Shown piece by piece: positions 9,019 through 15,479 of a stretch of 20,000 nt of DNA. The translations under genes were made by a program, and so were the position numbers. The notes under the pieces are model-generated. The model saw nothing but the letters and a program-made list of their open reading frames with translations, was not told where the DNA came from and did no database searches. The first letter of the stretch is position 1, and each line of letters opens with the position of its first letter. This stretch comes from Yuukianura sp. NJ FZ-2021 (lineage: Eukaryota): positions 10,718,300 through 10,738,299 of the forward strand of contig CM102287.1 of NCBI GenBank assembly GCA_046563655.1, written 5' to 3'.

Positions 9019-9438
9019 ATCATGAAATCAATTATTATTCAAAACAAGTTCAATGCATTTTATTTCATTAACCATGTGAAATTGAGCACAAAAAATAAAT
9101 TCATTTGATTTTTTTAAAATCCATCTCAATTTTTTTTTTGATTTTTTTTTGTTATTTTTAATTTTTATAAACTTGCTTTAAAAAATTAAATATTTTTTTT
9201 TCTAATTTTCGTTAAATTTTTTGTAATTTTTTCTTCAGTTTTTTAAATACAATTTTCCTAATCCTTTTTAAATTAAAAAAGAATTTTTTTTTAATTGGAA
9301 TTGATTTTTGACTGCAAATTTCCAAAACAAAATTAATTGAAAAGCACGCTTTTTTTTCTGGGTCGCTTCCAGATGAAAAGCAAAAGCATACGGAATACTT
9401 CAGCTTTCATATAATTAATTGGCATAAAAGTTAAATAA

Positions 9439-10557
9439 TTATGGGACACAATCACGACAAGTACAATGTGGCGTTTTGATTCCTATTTCTCTTTTAGGGT
9501 CAACATCGTATCCTGGGTACATGCGTCGCAAGTCCCGAAGAAAGTGGAGTAACTTTCTGCCAAAGTCCCTTTTGTGGCTGGTATATAATTGGTTCAGGGT
9601 GTTTCTGCGATACAAAAACTCTCCTATGTAGTTAGGGACCATTTCAGCAGAACATTTTCGTAAGAAGTTGTACTTAAGGTCTTTCCACACACTTTCGATG
9701 TTGTTGGTGTGTACTTTAATTAAAGTAACTCTCCTGAATCGGCGAAAACCACGCATCCTTGGGTAGACCCAAAATCGAGCCACTCTGCCAAGTCTGGGGT
9801 AACGCCCTCTCACTACCCCTGGAACAGGGTTTACAAAATGCAGAGAGTGGTTAATTGCAAAATGGGTTCGGAATCCCAAGCGACGACACGTACGGTAGCT
9901 ACGAAGCTCATCGGTCATGATTATTGACCCCTGTGCGATATGCCTTTGCATAAAACGAAATAGTGTACCGCGTCTCTTGTTCTTAATTTGTACAACAAAT
10001 TTCTTTTTGGTTAGCCTGCTTACCCCTCCAAATACCCAAAGCGCTCGTTTTAACGCGCGTCCGCGATGATATTTTGGGGTAAACAGGTGGGACTCGTCGC
10101 ACTCCACAATGTCACCAGGCCCTCCAATTTGTTGCTCATCGTGGGCATGAGCAACTCGGCACACTTCTCGGCAAAATGAGTAAAAGTCCACGGCAGTTTT
10201 AAAGTCCACGTCGCATTGTCCCGCAGCTTGCCTCACTCCAATCTTAAAATACCAACACACAATCAAATTGAATGTTTTTAGAAATGGAAGTTTGACTTTC
10301 TCAAAAAATGTATCAATTAAAGGATTACACATTGGTTGTGCGCATGTCCTTTTCACACAGCTCCACCAGAACCCCAGTTTACAGTCAGGCCGCATTCGCT
10401 GTGTCATTTCAAAATAGCAAGTTGGGCAGGTGGGTGCAAAGTTGGGAATAAGTCCCAAATCATAGGCTGCCTCAATAGCAGTTTCTTCATTTTGCATAAA
10501 GTTTCCATAAGTAAAAATTGTAAAATGATCCGAATTCAATAAATTTTCAAAAGCCAT
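9439..10557 (-). CDS. Merlin/IS1595-family DDE transposase, ~372 aa, intact
   Basis: caaaATGg start at 10557. Zn-ribbon CPTC...CVKRTC; IGGPGDIVECDES (D1); KYHRGR...WVFGG; GSIIMTDELRSY (D2); INHS..FVNP; HTNNIESVW (E); YIGEFLYRR. No stops or frameshifts. Confidence 0.93.
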   Translation of the reverse strand: MAFENLLNSDHFTIFTYGNFMQNEETAIEAAYDLGLIPNFAPTCPTCYFEMTQRMRPDCKLGFWWSCVKRTCAQPMCNPLIDTFFEKVKLPFLKTFNLIVCWYFKIGVRQAAGQCDVDFKTAVDFYSFCREVCRVAHAHDEQQIGGPGDIVECDESHLFTPKYHRGRALKRALWVFGGVSRLTKKKFVVQIKNKRRGTLFRFMQRHIAQGSIIMTDELRSYRTCRRLGFRTHFAINHSLHFVNPVPGVVRGRYPRLGRVARFWVYPRMRGFRRFRRVTLIKVHTNNIESVWKDLKYNFLRKCSAEMVPNYIGEFLYRRNTLNQLYTSHKRDFGRKLLHFLRDLRRMYPGYDVDPKREIGIKTPHCTCRDCVP

Positions 10558-10814
10558 TTTGCTACGCCAATCGAGCACGTAGTTTAATTTTAAACTTTTA
10601 AAAAATTCAAGATTTAGTACCAATTATTAATTTGTAACAAACAAAGAAAGAGAAAAATTATAATATTAATATTGGTACTAATACTTTTAGTTTTTGTATA
10701 GCGCAGGTAGGAAAGGAAAGAAACACCAAACGGATTTTGCACGGGATGCACCCCATCCGCAGAGGTGGACTGTTCACCAACATCATTATGGCCGTTGCAG
10801 TCTCTCGGCATTTA

Positions 10815-10869
10815 CTGAATTATAATTATAATTTGAACTGTTACAGTTCAAATTATAATTATAATTCAG
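10815..10869. repeat. Perfect 55-bp AT-rich palindrome (27-bp arms, 1-nt centre)
   Basis: CTGAATTATAATTATAATTTGAACTGT-T-ACAGTTCAAATTATAATTATAATTCAG. Confidence 0.95.
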
Positions 10870-11162
10870 ATTTAGCACGTCTTGGGATCTGAGGCGCCAG
10901 TTTCCTCAGATCCGGACGATTTTGGCCACCTTATACAGCAAAGCTGTATAAGGCGATGTTAGCCCCGTAATTCAGGTGGCGAGTCTGAACCTTGGTGTTT
11001 CAATCCTTTTCAAAAAAAAATGAGCAGCGCTTCCCTCCCATGTAAGCATTTTTAAGTTTCGGACCAGAACCCTAGGCACGCTCAGACTTAGGCCATTTCG
11101 GATTAACCGAGCGGGTCTGGTCCCCTCCCTTCGGAGTATGTGAGATTTTGCGATTTGAAGTA

Positions 11163-11999
11163 CAAGTTGACCTATGACCTCAACGAAAGGTCACAAGGTC
11201 ATATATCACAGGAGAAAAAATGCTCCTCTCATCAAGCCCAATAACTTTTGTAGAGGTCATTTTTTGGGTTGTCAGGGGTTTGACTTTCAAGTTGACCTAT
11301 GACCTCAACGGAAGGTCGCAAGGTCATATGTCACAGGACAAAAAATGCTCCTCTCATCAAGCCCAATAACTTTTGTAGAGGTCATTTTTTGGGTTGTCAG
11401 GGGTTTGACTTTCAAGTTGACCTATGACCTCAACGGAAGGTCACAAGGTCATATGTCACAGGACAAAAAATGCTCCTCTCATCAAGCCCAATAACTTTTG
11501 TAGAGGTCATTTTTTTGGTTGTCGGGGGTTTGACTTTCAAGTTGACCTATGACCTCAACGGAAGGTCACAGGGTCATATGTCACAGGACAAAAAGTGATC
11601 CTCTCATCGAGCCCAACAACTTTTGTAGAGGTCATTTTTTTGGTTGTCAGGGGTTTGACTTTCAAGTTGACCTATGACCTCAACGGAAGGTCACAGGGTC
11701 ATATGTCACAGAACAAAAAATGCTCCCCTCGTTATTCTGAACAACTTTCATAGGGGTCATTTTTGAGGTTGTCAGAGGTGTCCACTTGAGTTCTGTACTT
11801 AGAAAATTTCCGAGTCAAAATTTTGAAAAAAAAAGGGAAGGGGGGACCCTTGGGGTCAAAAAATTTTTTTTGCTCCAAACGTTCCAAAAACGTTTGAAAC
11901 GTCATGAAATGTGAAAAAAACGAAAAAAAATTTTTTCGAAAATTTTGGCTAAAAAACTTAGAAAATTTTCGACTGCTTACAAGTTGGTCCAATCCACCC
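11163..11999 (-). repeat. Right TIR (~837 bp) with five 125-bp units (CAAGTTGACC at 11163, 11288, 11413, 11538, 11663)
   Basis: Inverted copy of the left TIR with one additional repeat unit. Confidence 0.92.
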
Positions 12000-13474
12000 C
12001 CCATTGTGTGATGCCACGGCGCATTGGTTTTCTGCTAGAGTACTCGTTGATGGAAGTGGCTGGACGTCGAGGAGACAGCGGAGGACCCAGGAAGCCCTTC
12101 ATGCTGAGGACTGGACGCAGGGCCAAGGGCCCACTCACTTCGTCTGGACAGAAAGTGGGGAAGTGCATGGCTGGAGTGGGGGGTCTTGGGTGACTCTTGT
12201 CTCTGGTAGTTGACCCACCAATGGATTTCCCCACAGTTGTCAGTGAGCGTAAGTCTTCTTGACTTGCATGTCGTTTAGGATCTGCACAGTAAGGAACCAG
12301 TTTACGACGGATTCGGGTTGAACGATTTCGAGTGTCATCGGCTGAGGAAGAAGACAGTGGACGATGTTCTCCGAGAGTCGTCAGTTGATGTCTGGCTAGC
12401 ACTGCTGACAAGATTCCGTTGCTTTTTCCATCTAGAAATTAATCAAGTGAAAATTTAATTTCCAAGAGTTTGTCTAATTAATCATACGTGTTGCTTCCAA
12501 CAGGAGCTGTTCCTTGAGTCCGGAATAAATCGCAGGATGTCGTTCGATTGCCGCTTCCAGAGTGTTGACTAATCCCAGGATTTCCTTCTCCAAAATGGCC
12601 GACTTCTCAGTTTCGTTTTCCGACGTTGGAGCTGCTGACGATGTAGCGGAAAGTCTCGACTGGAAAAATCAAGTTGCAACTGAAGGTAATTATTCAATTG
12701 ATCTTTTAATGTTAAGATTTCAATTACTCCTAGGATTTCTGTGCGATGAGCAGAGTTGATTTGATTGATGAGATTCCGTATCAATTTCTCCTGAGATCCA
12801 ATGACTGCCTTCAACAAATGTTCTTGTCCTTGCAGTTTTCTGGCTGGACAGTGTTGACGGGCTCTTGCATCACGACCTTTCAATTCCAGGAAAGTTTGAC
12901 CTCGACATCTGAGCATCAAAAAGGTAAGACAAGAATCCTTATTTTTAGTATTTAAGTTGTTCGTCACTGAAACAGTGAAAGTGACCTGTTGAGGTCAATG
13001 AGTTCTCCACGACAGTCAGTTATGCTTTCGTAACCACGAGCGTTGAGAGTGTAAAGCACATCTCGGATGAAGTCTTTCATCTCTCCATGTTCATCTCTCA
13101 GATTTTTGAGCTGTTCGTCTAACATAGTCGACATTCGCTTGGCTGCTGCGAGTTGCTCGTCAATTCGCTCGGTACCTTGGCCTTGTTCGGTTCTAGTTTT
13201 AGCCAAGAACGTTTGTGGACTTTTGCCTGAGTCCTCGCCATTGACTTGGACCTACATTGTGGCCAAAGGTCACAAGTCAAGAGGTCACAAAAGCCGTTTT
13301 TTTTTTAAAATAGTTTACCTTTTCTGAGAGTCGTTTCGTTTTAGTCTTTTTGGTTGTTGGTCTGGAGGACGCGATTTTGCCTCCTTGTGCCTGAATTTGT
13401 CGGAGTGACATTGGTGGCAACTCAATTTCAGTGTCTCCATGATCCACCTCCGTCAGGGTGGGATTTGTCGTCAT
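11977..13474 (-). CDS. Uncharacterised ~409-aa protein with predicted coiled-coil segments; C-terminus altered by the Merlin insertion. Exons 13474-13319, 13251-12986, 12908-12728, 12659-12488, 12431-11977
   Basis: Five exons join in phase through short GT-AG introns (1230 nt). Heptad-like stretch ERIDEQLAAAKRMSTMLDEQLKNLRDEHGEMKDFIRDVL. The exon 2 donor could instead be the GTGACG site ~12967 (same phase). Removing the transposon restores ...RRGITQWAF* with TGA at 7793-7791. Confidence 0.75.
12000..12008 (+). repeat. Right target-site duplication CCCATTGTG
   Basis: Identical to 7799-7807. Confidence 0.88.
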
Positions 13475-14081
13475 TTTATATTACGTAAAAAAGCTCTTGT
13501 TCTCAATCCGGAAATTAATCAGTGCCGCATTTTACAAAATCAGACAGTGTCAGCAGCATAGCAGCATCTTTTTACAGTTCCGGATGCAATGCCGCTTAAT
13601 TTTGTTTGTTTTAGCGCCATTAGTAGTTTTCGTCATGGCGAATTAGTTTTCTAATTGAAAGAAATCAAGCGCTCTTTTACAATTTTTGGGAAGAGCGATT
13701 TGGGCCGAGGTTATCGAAATTTTGTGTGTTTTTCTTTACGGCATTTGTATAAATGAGCATCATATTAACCTTGGATATGGGGGGTTATTTGCTGATTAAT
13801 GTTAGGAATTTTTCCACATTAGGAATGAGCAAAATACGGGCTGTTCCTAATGTAGAAAATCCTGGTGTTCAATTTCTAATGCAAGGATGTTCTTTAAACA
13901 ATGTTCTTTTAAACAACTTTTCTCTAGAAAAACCTTTTCTTTTAATTGTAAATTAATTTTCAAACGTTGTTTTTTGAATTTTTAGTATGGGATTTAAACG
14001 TTTCTTTAAAAAAAACTTTTCTATATAAAAACTTTTTTTTTTAATTTTAAATTACTAATAACTTTCAATAAATTATTTTAA

Positions 14082-14482
14082 CATTCAGAGACAAATTTTT
14101 TAAAAAGTATATTATTCTCTGTTAAGGCATAAATACGCATTCAGAGACAAATTTTTTAAAAAGTTTATTATTCTCTGTTAAGGCATAAATACGCATTCAG
14201 ATACAAATTTTTTAAAAAGTTTATTATTCTCTGTTAAGGCATAAATACGCATTCAGAGAAAAATTTTTTAAAAAGTTTATTATTCTCTGTTAAGGCATAA
14301 ATACGCATTCAGAGAAAATTTTTTTAAAAAGTTTATTATTCTCTGTTAAGGCATAAATACGCATTCAGAGAAAATTTTTTTAAAAAGTTTATTATTCTCT
14401 GTTAAGGCATAAATACGCATTCAGAGACAAATTTTTTAAAAAGTTTATTATTCTCTGTTAAGGCATAAATACGCATTCAGAG
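14082..14482 (+). repeat. 56-bp minisatellite, 7 copies + 9 nt
   Basis: Unit CATTCAGAGACAAATTTTTTAAAAAGTTTATTATTCTCTGTTAAGGCATAAATACG starting at 14082, 14138, 14194, 14250, 14306, 14362, 14418, with a partial copy at 14474. Few substitutions; ends exactly at the LTR boundary. Confidence 0.95.
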
Positions 14483-15067
14483 TGTAGTTGATCGCGGCCA
14501 TAAGATGTGCAGAATTCAAGTGAGAATGGATTTGAAATGATGTGAAAGATGAAGAGACCAATCCAGTAATGTCAAATAAACCAATTACTTTAATTTAATA
14601 CTTATTAATGAAAAAGAAACAATTAATTGAAAGTTGAGATACTCAAAGATTGAATTCAGAGAAGATTCTTGTAGTGAATTGAATTGTGTATTCTTATACT
14701 ATGTACTATGGTTGAAGACGTGGAGCTGACGTGGAAGTAAAGGCGGAGCAAGTAATACGCATGACTGAGCTCCTGCTCTTTCCACTTCTTAATACTAAAC
14801 TTAAATACTATAGGAGAAGTGTTGACTTGAGAGAGAGAGAGTGTTGAGTTTTGGGAAGAGCGTTAACATACATTGAAATTGAGAGTGGACTTAACGCTAT
14901 CTTCTCACTTAACCCTTTACTTTCCCACTATGGGTGAACTGTTAGCTCTCTTCTAGTGCTGAGTGATGCTCATCTCATCTCAGTCACTTTAGGTTTAATT
15001 CTATTTCTAGTTCTAAAGTTTAGGTGAAATTTAAAGTGAAAATAATTCTGACGCTAACGCCAGAACA
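14483..15067 (-). repeat. 3' LTR (~585 bp), TGTTCTGGCG...CAACTACA
   Basis: TGT...ACA termini, immediately downstream of the PPT, with a sharp junction to the minisatellite. The 5' LTR is not in the window, so the boundaries are inferred. Confidence 0.75.
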
Positions 15068-15076
15068 CCGGCCCCC
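15068..15076 (-). other. Polypurine tract GGGGGCCGG
   Basis: G-rich tract abutting TGTT, a typical BEL/Pao arrangement. An 8-bp hairpin ATTTGGAC/GTCCAAAT lies beside it (15077-15098). Confidence 0.7.
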
Positions 15077-15479
15077 ATTTGGACACTAGGGTCCAAATCA
15101 AAATGAAATAGAATTGAAAAAGTTACAAGTTCAAATCTGAAGGAGTTGAAAGTGGATTAAGAAGGGGATAAGCATTTCGGTGATTTGGTGACCCAGGAGG
15201 TGGACTAGGTCTCCTTTCCAGCCAAGCGGAACTGGATTGTTAGTCTTTGCTAGACCCTACACCAAATGCCTCTCCAGGATTGAAAGATTTAGAAATTGAG
15301 GTTCAGATCTGAAATTGTATCAGAAATAGAATTGAAAATTACTCGAAAGTGGCCTTGTTCTGGTGTTGCACCTTAACCTAAGATACCCATTAATCTAAAA
15401 CTCTACAATTACGCTACTTTAAGTGGTAAATTGAAAAGTTAAAATTAAGAATACACTAAAATGAATAAAATTATTGCAG

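Larger units (their letters stand above)
7808..11999 (-). mobile_element. Full-length Merlin (IS1595/IS1016-like) DNA transposon, 4,192 bp
   Basis: Termini GGGTGGATTGGACC...GGTCCAATCCACCC; 9-bp direct repeat CCCATTGTG at 7799-7807 and 12000-12008; near-identical long TIRs; central intact DDE_Tnp_IS1595-type ORF. 8-9 bp TSDs and GG termini are typical of Merlin. Confidence 0.93.

Noticed and set aside
10815..10869. Palindrome as a protelomerase (telRL-like) site
   Set aside because: Only the length is similar; no protelomerase or tyrosine recombinase is encoded in the window.
10900..10968. Minus-strand CUAACAUCGCC resembling a twister ribozyme start
   Set aside because: The downstream conserved P4 loop and pseudoknot partners could not be found.
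12569..12727. C-terminal part of the listed ORF 12569-12967 (..RRKSWD*) as the true gene end
   Set aside because: Splicing 12728 to 12659 switches frame and links in phase to two further coding exons, a better model; minor intron retention is not excluded.
13584..13646. MQCRLILFVLAPLVVFVMAN* as a signal-peptide exon
   Set aside because: Ends in a stop with no convincing donor or downstream exon; more likely promoter or repeat sequence.
15077..15479. env-like gene in the BEL element
   Set aside because: Only ~400 nt with stops in all minus-strand frames examined.
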